A DNA stretch of 10,902 nucleotides from Spirochaetota bacterium. GTDB taxonomy: Bacteria > Spirochaetota > B62-G9 > DRHN01. The translations under genes and the position numbers were made by a program. The stretch is from contig JBMCUI010000053.1 of the NCBI GenBank assembly GCA_048622675.1, forward strand, positions 1 to 10,902. Reading direction: 5' to 3'. Shown here one piece after another: positions 1 through 7,376 of this stretch (position 1 is its first letter; each line of letters starts with the position of its first letter). The notes under the pieces are model-generated. The model searched no databases. It worked only from the letters and a program-made list of their open reading frames with translations, and had not been told where the DNA came from.

Positions 1-438
1 GTTCTGGATAACAACTACAGAAAGCAGAAAGAAAGGGCTGTACTTAACCGAAGGCTGGAGGTAAGAAAAAGTGTGCTTCAGACCAGGCAGAAATGGATGG
101 ACAAAGCTTTTTCTAAAGCCTATCAGCGCCTGATAGACCAGCCCCTTTCCGAATACAGCGATTGCGTGAAAAGTTTGATCAGCAAGGTCTCCTCCAGCCA
201 GGATGAACAGGTGGTTTTTGGGACCAAGGGGGAGGATGATTTTCTAAAAAATTTGATTGACGAGCTCAACAGGGAGAAGGGAGCAGGTTTCAGCCTTGCC
301 CCGGAACGGGGTAATTTTTCCTGGGGCTTTACTTTGAGAAAAGGTAAAGTTGAAACAAACATGTCTATCAACAGCCTTTTCCGGTATAAACGAGATGATT
401 TGGAACAAAAAGCCTGGGAGCTGCTCAATGCTGAGTGA
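1..438 (+). CDS. atpE: A/V-type ATP synthase subunit E (5'-truncated by window edge; C-terminal ~146 aa present)
   Basis: Open frame runs from position 1 with no upstream stop, reaching TGA at 436-438. It lies first in a conserved E-C-F-A-B-D rotary ATPase cluster. The charged, coiled-coil-type sequence fits a peripheral-stalk subunit E. The call rests mainly on position and size. Confidence 0.7.
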   Translation, partial: VLDNNYRKQKERAVLNRRLEVRKSVLQTRQKWMDKAFSKAYQRLIDQPLSEYSDCVKSLISKVSSSQDEQVVFGTKGEDDFLKNLIDELNREKGAGFSLAPERGNFSWGFTLRKGKVETNMSINSLFRYKRDDLEQKAWELLNAE

Positions 439-1441
439 TGCCCGGTTCGACGGAAATACGGGATACGCATATTCTGTGGCAAGAGTACGGGCCATGGAGA
501 CAAGGCTGCTCAATGAGGGAGATATCAACACCCTTCTGTCAGCCTCTCCAGAACGGTTTTTTTCACATCTCATAGAAATTGCCGGTATAACCGGAAGCCA
601 CTCATCTTCACCGGATGTGGTCCTTCAGGAGCTGGAAGAGTCTTTTACAGCAACACTGTACACGGTAAAATCATTAATTCTGGAAGACGAGCCGAAAAGA
701 CTTGTTTCTTTGAAATACGATTATGAACTTTTGAAACTAATTGCCAGGGAACAAAAAGGATGGCAGGTTGAAGCTTCAGAGAATATATGGAAGCGTTCAA
801 ATTATGACTATGCTGTGCTGAAGGAACTCCTGGAAGCGGGGAAGGCCGGAGACACGGGTGAAGTGATGCTGAGAACATATCGGTCTATTATGGCAGAAGG
901 GGAGCTTACCAGGCACCAGATCGATCGGAGCTGTGATTATGCGTATTATTCTGAGGCATTCAAACTTCTGCAGGACTATTCCAATCAATTCATTACTGAA
1001 TATTTTATAAGGGAAGTAGATATTCGCAATATCCTGACAGCCCTTAGACTTAAAGCCAGAGAGGTAAACAGGGGCGAATACAGACAGAGATTTATTCCGT
1101 TCGGGAGTATAGATCTTTCCTACCTGCTGGAGAGTTTTGATTTAAATCTGGATGGATTTGCCCAGAGTATTGCATTTTCACCGTTTGCTAAATCATTGCT
1201 CAGAGTAGAAAAAAAAGAAAATCTTGAAGATCAGATAACCCAGCTTGAGGGAGTGCTGAAAGGCGAGCAGATAAAGTATCTAAAAGACAGCGTATTTATT
1301 ACATTTGGTATAGAGCCGGTCCTGGCTTATCTTTTTTTAAAGGAAAGAGAGCTAATTGCACTTCGCACCATACTTAAAGGCAGAGAATCGGGACTGGGTG
1401 CAGAAGAAATCCAACCTTATGTGAGAGAGCTGTATGGCTAG
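428..1441 (+). CDS. atpC: A/V-type ATP synthase subunit C (V0 d-subunit homologue), 337 aa
   Basis: N-terminus 'MLSDARFDGNTGYAYSVARVRAMETRLL' matches the conserved YxYxNARVRAMExRLL start of V/A-ATPase subunit C/d. GGGAG lies 8 nt upstream of ATG 428, giving an 11-nt overlap with the atpE stop. The ORF-track start at 350 lies inside atpE and has no SD, so 428 is preferred. Size is typical for the family (~340-360 aa). Confidence 0.85.
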   Translation: MLSDARFDGNTGYAYSVARVRAMETRLLNEGDINTLLSASPERFFSHLIEIAGITGSHSSSPDVVLQELEESFTATLYTVKSLILEDEPKRLVSLKYDYELLKLIAREQKGWQVEASENIWKRSNYDYAVLKELLEAGKAGDTGEVMLRTYRSIMAEGELTRHQIDRSCDYAYYSEAFKLLQDYSNQFITEYFIREVDIRNILTALRLKAREVNRGEYRQRFIPFGSIDLSYLLESFDLNLDGFAQSIAFSPFAKSLLRVEKKENLEDQITQLEGVLKGEQIKYLKDSVFITFGIEPVLAYLFLKERELIALRTILKGRESGLGAEEIQPYVRELYG

Positions 1442-1751
1442 TATAGCAGTTGTAGGAAAAAACAGAACCCTCCTGGGGTTTAAACCGTATGGGGTGGATG
1501 TATACTTTTATCAGGAAAAAGAAGATATAAGCGAGTGGTTCAGCTCAATAGTAAAAAAAGGTTATACCCTTATAATGGTCTCTGAGGCCGTCGCCGATGA
1601 GCTCAGCCAGGAGATTGATCAGCTGTGGCAAAAAGAGCTTCCGGTGATACTGACGATTAAAGGGTTGAAAGGACCCACCGGTACGTCTTTTGACCGTTTG
1701 AGGAAGCTTGTCATAAGAGCAATAGGTACTGATATATTCAGGGAGAGTTAA
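1434..1751 (+). CDS. atpF: A/V-type ATP synthase subunit F, 105 aa
   Basis: ATG overlaps the atpC stop (ATGGCTAG), which suggests translational coupling. The 105-aa product '[24 protein letters not shown]...' matches the subunit F pattern (IAVIGD..V.GF.LAG). It sits between C and A. Confidence 0.85.
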   Translation: MASIAVVGKNRTLLGFKPYGVDVYFYQEKEDISEWFSSIVKKGYTLIMVSEAVADELSQEIDQLWQKELPVILTIKGLKGPTGTSFDRLRKLVIRAIGTDIFRES

Positions 1752-1752
1752 C

Positions 1753-3528
1753 ATGGATGGAGAGGGTAAAATCATAAGAGTTGCCGGACCACTGGTAGTG
1801 GCTACCGGAATGCCCCATGCAAAGATCTACGATGTAGTGCGGGTAAGCGAGCAAGAATTGATGGGAGAGATTATAGAAATGAGAGGCGATCGGGCTTCCA
1901 TTCAGGTTTATGAAGAAACCGGAGGGCTGGGTGTAGGAGAACCGGTGTATCCCACTGGAAGGCCTCTCTCAGTAGAGCTGGGCCCGGGACTGATAGAATC
2001 TATTTACGATGGTGTACAGAGGCCTCTTGACATTATAAGGGAGCAGGTGGGAGACCGTATTACCAGGGGAGTAGACCTTCCTGCTCTTTCCAGAGAGAAG
2101 AAATGGGATTTTAAGCCCAGAGTAAACAAGGGTGATAAGGTAAGCGCAGGAGATATCCTTGGAGTTGTAAAAGAAACGGTTTTGATAGAGCACAAGATTA
2201 TGGTGACGCCGGATGTTGCTGGAGAGGTGAAATCAATTGAAAAAGGAGAACATCTGGTAACAGATACCATTGCAGTGATCGAGACAGAGGAAGGGGAGCA
2301 GAAAGAGATTAATATGATAACCGAATGGCCGGTAAGAAAACCTCGTCCGGTCAGGCAGAGACTCGCACCTGATGAGCCTCTGGCTACAGGGCAGAGGGTA
2401 ATTGATGCCTTTTTCCCTATAAGCAAGGGGGGCACTGCCTGCGTACCCGGACCATTTGGAAGCGGGAAGACGGTGGTCCAGCACCAGCTTGCTAAATGGG
2501 CTGATGCACAAATTGTCATCTACGTAGGATGCGGGGAGCGGGGAAACGAAATGACCGATGTACTCATGGAGTTCCCTGAACTCAAAGACCCCCGTACCGG
2601 AGAGCCTCTGATGAAAAGAACAGTGCTGCTGGCCAACACATCCAACATGCCGGTAGCTGCCAGAGAGGCATCAGTATACACCGGGATTACTATAGCCGAG
2701 TATTTCCGGGATATGGGCTATTCGGTAGCCCTGATGGCGGACTCTACCTCCAGATGGGCGGAGGCAATGAGGGAGATGTCGGGAAGACTGGAGGAAATGC
2801 CAGGTGAAGAAGGTTACCCGGCGTATATGGGGACCCGAATTGCAGAGTTTTACGAGAGGGCCGGTAAAACTGTATGCCTTGGGAATGATAACAGAGTGGG
2901 GGCCCTGAGTGTAGTGGGTGCTGTTTCTCCTCCTGGAGGAGACCTTTCAGACCCTGTGGTCCAGGCTACCCTGAGGGTGGTAAAGGTATTCTGGTCTCTT
3001 GAAGACAGGCTGGCATACAGAAGGCACTTTCCCGCTATCTACTGGCTTACCAGCTACTCATTGTATACCGACAACCTGAGGGATTACTTCACTGAAAACC
3101 TGGGAAAAAAATGGGTGGAAAATATTAATAAGTCCATGAGCATTCTTCAGCAGGAATCGGAACTACAGGAAATTGTCCGTCTGGTGGGACTGGAAGCCCT
3201 GTCCCCTGAAAACCGCCTGGTAATGGAAGTAGCCCGGTCTATCAGGGAGGACTTTCTGCACCAGAATGCTTTTGATGAGGTTGATACATTTACTTCCTAC
3301 AATAAGATGGCAAGGATGCTCGAATTAATTATGTACTTCCATGACCTGGCAAAGGATGCACTTGAAAACAATGTGGACACCCTTGACATTGCATCACTGG
3401 AGGTGAGAGAAAAGATTTCCAGGTCCAGGTTTATTCCCGAGGACAAACTTGATCAATTTGATGATATAACAAAACAGATCGAAGAGAGCTTCGATCAATT
3501 GAAAAAGAAAGTGTTAACGGAGGCATAA
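1753..3528 (+). CDS. atpA: A/V-type ATP synthase catalytic subunit A, 591 aa
   Basis: Walker A P-loop 'GPFGSGKT' is present. The N-terminal beta-barrel '[14 protein letters not shown]...YDVVRV' and '[20 protein letters not shown]' are hallmark motifs of the A subunit. GGGAGAG SD lies 6-7 nt upstream. No intein insertion; length is normal. Confidence 0.95.
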   Translation: MDGEGKIIRVAGPLVVATGMPHAKIYDVVRVSEQELMGEIIEMRGDRASIQVYEETGGLGVGEPVYPTGRPLSVELGPGLIESIYDGVQRPLDIIREQVGDRITRGVDLPALSREKKWDFKPRVNKGDKVSAGDILGVVKETVLIEHKIMVTPDVAGEVKSIEKGEHLVTDTIAVIETEEGEQKEINMITEWPVRKPRPVRQRLAPDEPLATGQRVIDAFFPISKGGTACVPGPFGSGKTVVQHQLAKWADAQIVIYVGCGERGNEMTDVLMEFPELKDPRTGEPLMKRTVLLANTSNMPVAAREASVYTGITIAEYFRDMGYSVALMADSTSRWAEAMREMSGRLEEMPGEEGYPAYMGTRIAEFYERAGKTVCLGNDNRVGALSVVGAVSPPGGDLSDPVVQATLRVVKVFWSLEDRLAYRRHFPAIYWLTSYSLYTDNLRDYFTENLGKKWVENINKSMSILQQESELQEIVRLVGLEALSPENRLVMEVARSIREDFLHQNAFDEVDTFTSYNKMARMLELIMYFHDLAKDALENNVDTLDIASLEVREKISRSRFIPEDKLDQFDDITKQIEESFDQLKKKVLTEA

Positions 3529-4971
3529 ATGATAAAGGAGTACAATACAGTTCGAGAGATCGTAGGCCCTCTTATGCTGGTCGGAGAGGTGGAAGGGGTA
3601 ACTTACGAAGAACTGGTTGAGATAGAGTTGCCCGGTGGAGAGACCAGAAATGGAAGGGTCCTGGAGGTAAACGGAGATAAAGCTCTGGTCCAGTTGTTTG
3701 AAGGAACAATCGGTGTCAATGTCTATGACACTACAGTCAGGTTCAAAGGAAAAGGAATGGAGCTGGACGTCTCAGAAGATATAATGGGAAGAATATTTGA
3801 TGGTCAGGGCCGGCCTGTTGACCAAGGCCCCAAGATTATTCCGGAAAAAAGACTTAACATAGGCTCAGCCCCCATTAATCCCTATGCCAGGGACTATCCC
3901 TCCGAGTTTATTCAGACCGGTATATCGACCATTGATGGACTGAATACTCTGGTCAGAGGCCAGAAGCTGCCCATCTTTTCAGGAACCGGTCTTCCTCATG
4001 CCCAGATGGCTGCCCAGATAGCCAGACAGGCAAAGGTACTGGCAACCGGTGAAGAATTTGCGGTGGTATTTGCCGCTATGGGAATAACATTTGAGGAAGC
4101 ACAGTACTTTGTACAGGACTTTCAAAAGACCGGGGCTATAGAGAGGTCTGTGCTTTTTGTAAACCTGGCTTCCGACCCAGCTGTTGAGAGGATAGCCACT
4201 CCCAGGCTGGCTTTAACTGCAGCAGAGTATATGGCATTTGAAAAAGATATGCATGTGCTGGTTATACTGACAGATATGACCAACTACTGCGAGGCATTGA
4301 GGGAGGTGTCTGCAGCGCGCCAGGAAGTCCCTGGCAGACGAGGATATCCAGGGTACCTGTACACAGACCTGGCATCGATTTATGAGAGAGCGGGCAGAAT
4401 ACGGGATAAAAAAGGTTCTATTACCCAGATCCCTATTCTCTCCATGCCGGAGGATGATAAAACCCATCCCATTCCAGACCTTACCGGATATATTACTGAG
4501 GGCCAGCTGGTGCTCTCCAGGGCCACTCACCGGCGTGGAATTTATCCTCCTGTTGATGTGCTTCAATCACTTTCGCGTCTGAAAGACAAGGGAATCGGGG
4601 CCGGAAAAACCCGCAAAGACCATGCAGATGTGTTCAACCAGTTGTTTGCAGCTTATTCCAATGGTCTTGAAGCCAGAGAACTTGAAGTAATACTCGGTGA
4701 AGCTGCACTTTCTGAAACTGATAAAATATACTACCGTTTTGCAGAAACATTTGAGAAGAGGTACATTGCTCAGCAGCCCACCGAGGAGAGGAGTATTGAA
4801 CAGACTCTTGATCTGGGCTGGGAGCTTCTTTCCACCTTGCCCACATCAGAATTGAAGAGGATAAGACCGGAGTTTATCGAAGAGTTTCTTGCCAAATATA
4901 AGAAAGAAAAAAAGCCGGAAGAAGAGAAAGCAGAAGAACAAAAAGAAAAAGAGGCGGAAGAGGTTTCCTGA
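3529..4971 (+). CDS. atpB: A/V-type ATP synthase subunit B (non-catalytic), 480 aa, with ~25-aa Lys/Glu-rich C-terminal tail
   Basis: ATG abuts the atpA TAA, with GGAGG 7 nt upstream. Conserved B-subunit motifs '[20 protein letters not shown]' and '[18 protein letters not shown]' are present in place of a canonical P-loop. The tail '[25 protein letters not shown]' extends past the usual end of the family. Confidence 0.95.
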   Translation: MIKEYNTVREIVGPLMLVGEVEGVTYEELVEIELPGGETRNGRVLEVNGDKALVQLFEGTIGVNVYDTTVRFKGKGMELDVSEDIMGRIFDGQGRPVDQGPKIIPEKRLNIGSAPINPYARDYPSEFIQTGISTIDGLNTLVRGQKLPIFSGTGLPHAQMAAQIARQAKVLATGEEFAVVFAAMGITFEEAQYFVQDFQKTGAIERSVLFVNLASDPAVERIATPRLALTAAEYMAFEKDMHVLVILTDMTNYCEALREVSAARQEVPGRRGYPGYLYTDLASIYERAGRIRDKKGSITQIPILSMPEDDKTHPIPDLTGYITEGQLVLSRATHRRGIYPPVDVLQSLSRLKDKGIGAGKTRKDHADVFNQLFAAYSNGLEARELEVILGEAALSETDKIYYRFAETFEKRYIAQQPTEERSIEQTLDLGWELLSTLPTSELKRIRPEFIEEFLAKYKKEKKPEEEKAEEQKEKEAEEVS

Positions 4972-5068
4972 TCAACATGAATACCGGTTGATAGCCGGGG
5001 CAGGCCGCCTGCAGCGGCGAATCGTTACAAACTTACTTTGAAGCAAAAAAGGTCCAGGGGGAGGATGA

Positions 5069-5701
5069 ATGAAACTGGATGTAAATCCAACCAGAATGGA
5101 GCTTCAGAGACTCAAACGAAGACTGGAGCTTGCCCAGAGGGGCCACAAACTCCTGAAGGACAAACAGGACGAACTGGTCAGAAATTTCCTTGATATTATC
5201 GATGAAACCAAAAATTTAAGGATCAAAGCTGACAAAGAAATACAGTCAGTATACCAGAGCTATTCAGTAGCGGAGGGGGTGGTGGGAGGAGCAGCTATGG
5301 AGAGCCTTTTTTCTGTACCCGGAGCACAAACACAGGTTACCTCTACCACCAGATCAGTTATGGCGCTGAAGATTCCCAAGTTTTCAGTGGTAATAAAGGG
5401 CGATCCATACGATTATGGTGATGCTGCAAGCTCTGTACTGGTGGACCGCAGTGTCAGGATGTATGGCAGCTTGCTTAAAACACTTCTTAAACTGGCAGAG
5501 CTTGAAAAGACCTCCATACTGCTGGCACAGGAGATAGAAAGAACCCGCAGAAGGGTCAATGCACTTGAATATGTGCTCATTCCCAATATAAAGGAAACGG
5601 TAAAGTATATAAGTATGAAGCTGGAAGAAAGGGAGAGGGAAAATCTCACCCGTATTATGAAGGTCAAGGCTATGATAGAAGAAAAGCGAGGTGCTTCATA
5701 A
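5069..5701 (+). CDS. atpD: A/V-type ATP synthase subunit D (central rotor stalk), 210 aa
   Basis: 'MKLDVNPTRMELQRLKRRLELAQRGHKLLKDKQDELV' is the canonical subunit D N-terminus. GGGGGAGG SD lies 7 nt upstream. Last gene of the cluster; a T-run follows the stop. Confidence 0.93.
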   Translation: MKLDVNPTRMELQRLKRRLELAQRGHKLLKDKQDELVRNFLDIIDETKNLRIKADKEIQSVYQSYSVAEGVVGGAAMESLFSVPGAQTQVTSTTRSVMALKIPKFSVVIKGDPYDYGDAASSVLVDRSVRMYGSLLKTLLKLAELEKTSILLAQEIERTRRRVNALEYVLIPNIKETVKYISMKLEERERENLTRIMKVKAMIEEKRGAS

Positions 5702-5794
5702 ATTTTATCTGAATGCCGAAAAAAGCAGCAGTAAACACTGGCCACAACTTTTGATGTAAAAAAGCAAAACCTACCAGCAGTTATATAAAAAATA

Positions 5795-6541
5795 TCACCA
5801 GGTTGGGGGGGAGGTGGTTACCACCTCCAGCCAGGGCCCATCCGGCACGTCCTTGAAGTCTACAAACTTCCAGCTTGTGTAATCGTTGTCTTCCATTCCC
5901 AGGTATTGGAAGCAGGCTGGAGATATATCCAGTCCTACCCCCCCGTTTCGTTTATTTTTGGGCCTTTTTTTGCCGAATACATATTCCCAGTCATCTACTT
6001 CAAATGGCCCCACATCCTCCCACTGAGCGTAGCATACCTTTCCCCGGTAGATGATCCTGATCCACCTGTTTTTACAGTAGGATATTGGAGTAAACACGTA
6101 ACTGTGATTTATTTTTTTTGCCCAGGGGATAATTTCCAGCACCTGCTGTTTATGGTCCTGGTGCTGTATATCGTTATAGGGCAGGGCGCAGTAGAAGGGA
6201 TTTTCTTCCGGGTAGAAGTCTGCCGGAAAGTATCCGTTTCTTTTATCAGGGTGGTCTACTCCACCGTAAGACTCTATCCAGTGTTCCGTCCATGCACTGG
6301 AGCCGTTGTCCAGTACCCCTGACCTGGTAACATCATGCTGTCCAATGTAAAAATAGGTGGTCTTTATGTCACGGTGAACATAATACTCTGGGACCCGTTT
6401 GTTGTCTTCTCCGGGCCCGGGTAGTTTTGATGGGGATTGAGAAGGTTTTTGCTGGGTTGTTTTTACCAAGCTCCTGCATGAAACTACCACCATAAGAACT
6501 GCCGCTACCATCAAGAAGTTCTGCACCAGGGTTCTTAGCAT
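5795..6541 (-). CDS. Secreted putative lipoprotein, 248 aa, with a Trp/Tyr/Asp-rich domain; possible RlpA/expansin-like double-psi beta-barrel
   Basis: GGGAGG SD lies 6 nt upstream of the ATG (minus strand). The N-terminus 'MLRTLVQNFLMVAAVLMVVVSC' is a signal peptide with a lipobox-like VVSC, followed by a Pro/Ser/Gln-rich linker. The C-terminal half 'NRWIRIIYRGKVCYAQWEDVGPF...GGVGLDISPACFQYLG...KFVD' resembles the RlpA/DPBB pattern (V.V.DRGPF...IDLS.AA..LG...V.V), judged from memory only. Confidence 0.6.
   Translation of the reverse strand: MLRTLVQNFLMVAAVLMVVVSCRSLVKTTQQKPSQSPSKLPGPGEDNKRVPEYYVHRDIKTTYFYIGQHDVTRSGVLDNGSSAWTEHWIESYGGVDHPDKRNGYFPADFYPEENPFYCALPYNDIQHQDHKQQVLEIIPWAKKINHSYVFTPISYCKNRWIRIIYRGKVCYAQWEDVGPFEVDDWEYVFGKKRPKNKRNGGVGLDISPACFQYLGMEDNDYTSWKFVDFKDVPDGPWLEVVTTSPPTW
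5810..5828. terminator. GC-rich hairpin GGAGGTGG-TTA-CCACCTCC at the convergent atpD / lipoprotein gene junction; possible bidirectional termination or RNA-stability element
   Basis: Perfect 8-bp stem with a 3-nt loop. It lies inside the last codons of the minus-strand lipoprotein gene. On the minus strand it is followed by a C-run, then ATTTTTTAT. On the plus strand a T-run sits just after the atpD stop at 5702-5708. Confidence 0.25.
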
Positions 6542-6942
6542 TCTTTTCCTCCCGCATTGTGAACTGTTCTTTACCTGCTTTCTGGAACTTTATCCAGAGA
6601 TATTTGCATCAATAGTTTATGAGCTGAAATGCACCTTTTAGATAAAGGAAGGAGATACACGCGGATACACCAGAATATAATAGGTAAAATCATGCAGGCA
6701 AAGAATAATTTACCTGGACTTGTCTGACTATGTTTTTTCTCAATCAAACCAATAATTATTTTCCATAATCTGATACTCATTAATTGAAATAGGTCAATTT
6801 TCATTTGACCACAGAAGACATGCGCTTTATTGTAATTATTAAAATACTGGGAGGAGAAGGCGGAGTATTGATATTTTTAATATCCGAAGGTAACGTATAG
6901 ATAACAGCTGAAAATACACCATAGATTAAGGGGGGTAAAAAA
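6542..6942. promoter_or_regulatory. ~400-bp AT-rich divergent intergenic/promoter region between the lipoprotein gene (-) and the encapsulin operon (+)
   Basis: AT content is much higher than the flanking coding DNA. The flanking genes are divergently oriented. AT-rich TATA-like stretches occur at ~6867-6886 and ~6893-6909. The minus-strand 77-aa ORF at 6571..6804 was considered and set aside. Confidence 0.5.
6792..6810. promoter_or_regulatory. Perfect inverted repeat GGTCAA-N7-TTGACC; candidate operator for a dimeric transcription factor
   Basis: 6-bp arms at 6792-6797 and 6805-6810 are exact reverse complements across a 7-nt AT spacer. The site lies ~135 bp upstream of the ferritin-like cargo gene start. 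Confidence 0.35.
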
Positions 6943-7317
6943 ATGCCGGAGTTTGTGAATCCTTTCAGTGGTTTGGTACCTGAACGGAAGATGAACAAAG
7001 AGGAGTTGATTCGGGCTATACGGATGAACCTGGCTGCAGAACACGAGGCGGTGCATCAGTACATGGCCCATGCTCAGGCCACGGATGATGCTCTTGCCAG
7101 GAAGGTATTGATTGACATAGCCGATGAAGAGCGGGTGCATATAGGTGAATTCCAGAGGCTTCTTCAGATTTTAACAGGCGATGAAGAGAAAATGCTGGAA
7201 GAGGGAGCAAACGAGGTGGAAGAAATGATAGAGGAGATTAACAGTGATAAAGCTGGTAATTCAGCCTCTTCCAATGAAAAACCTGACAGTGATACAACCA
7301 TAGGTGATTTGAAGTAG
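6943..7317 (+). CDS. Encapsulated ferritin-like protein (Flp/EncFtn-type cargo) with C-terminal encapsulin-targeting peptide, 124 aa
   Basis: SD 'AAGGGGGG' precedes the ATG, which is the first ATG after an in-frame TAG. Two ExxH motifs ('EHEAVHQY' and 'EERVHIGEF') spaced ~30 aa apart are typical of the di-iron ferroxidase site of encapsulated ferritins. An acidic/Ser-rich flexible linker ('EEGANEVEEMIEEINSDKAGNSASSNEKPDSD') is followed by the terminal 'TTIGDLK'. That terminus matches family-1 cargo-loading peptides (cf. T. maritima Flp 'GGDLGIRK' and the '..IGSLK' type). The gene lies immediately upstream of the shell gene. Confidence 0.8.
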   Translation: MPEFVNPFSGLVPERKMNKEELIRAIRMNLAAEHEAVHQYMAHAQATDDALARKVLIDIADEERVHIGEFQRLLQILTGDEEKMLEEGANEVEEMIEEINSDKAGNSASSNEKPDSDTTIGDLK

Positions 7318-7376
7318 TTTGGGCAGAGGTTTCTGGCAGTCCAGAATCAATTTTATTAAAACCGAGGAGGTAGTGT

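Noticed and set aside
350-427. ORF-track start of the subunit C ORF at 350 (363 aa)
   Set aside because: It would overlap the atpE 3' end by ~90 nt and has no SD. ATG 428 has a GGGAG SD and yields the conserved 'YAYSVARVRAMETRLL' N-terminus at the expected distance from the start.
123-573. Minus-strand ORFs 123..503 and 244..573 antisense to atpE/atpC
   Set aside because: They are antisense shadow ORFs inside well-supported ATPase genes. They have no SD and low-complexity, Ser/Leu/Arg-rich translations typical of antisense frames.
1969-2519. Minus-strand ORFs (74, 171 and 92 aa) inside atpA
   Set aside because: Antisense to the highly conserved catalytic subunit A. The 171-aa product is Ser/Cys/Thr/Pro-rich nonsense.
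1753-3528. Possible intein or programmed frameshift in atpA
   Set aside because: Length (591 aa) and an uninterrupted P-loop region match intein-free A subunits. There is no extra ~400-aa insertion and no frame break.
4213-4846. ORFs 4213..4566(-), 4382..4582(+) and 4634..4846(-) inside atpB
   Set aside because: They overlap atpB in other frames or in antisense. They have no independent support or recognisable motifs.
5906-6322. 138-aa plus-strand ORF opposite the lipoprotein gene
   Set aside because: Antisense to a gene with a strong SD and signal peptide. Its product is hydrophobic, Pro/Val-rich shadow sequence.
6571-6804. 77-aa minus-strand ORF (and 6801..6998, 6877..7140) in the AT-rich intergenic region
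   Set aside because: AT-rich DNA throws up chance ORFs. There is no SD, and the ORF overlaps the palindrome and repeat elements, so the region is more parsimoniously regulatory. A small hydrophobic membrane peptide cannot be fully excluded.
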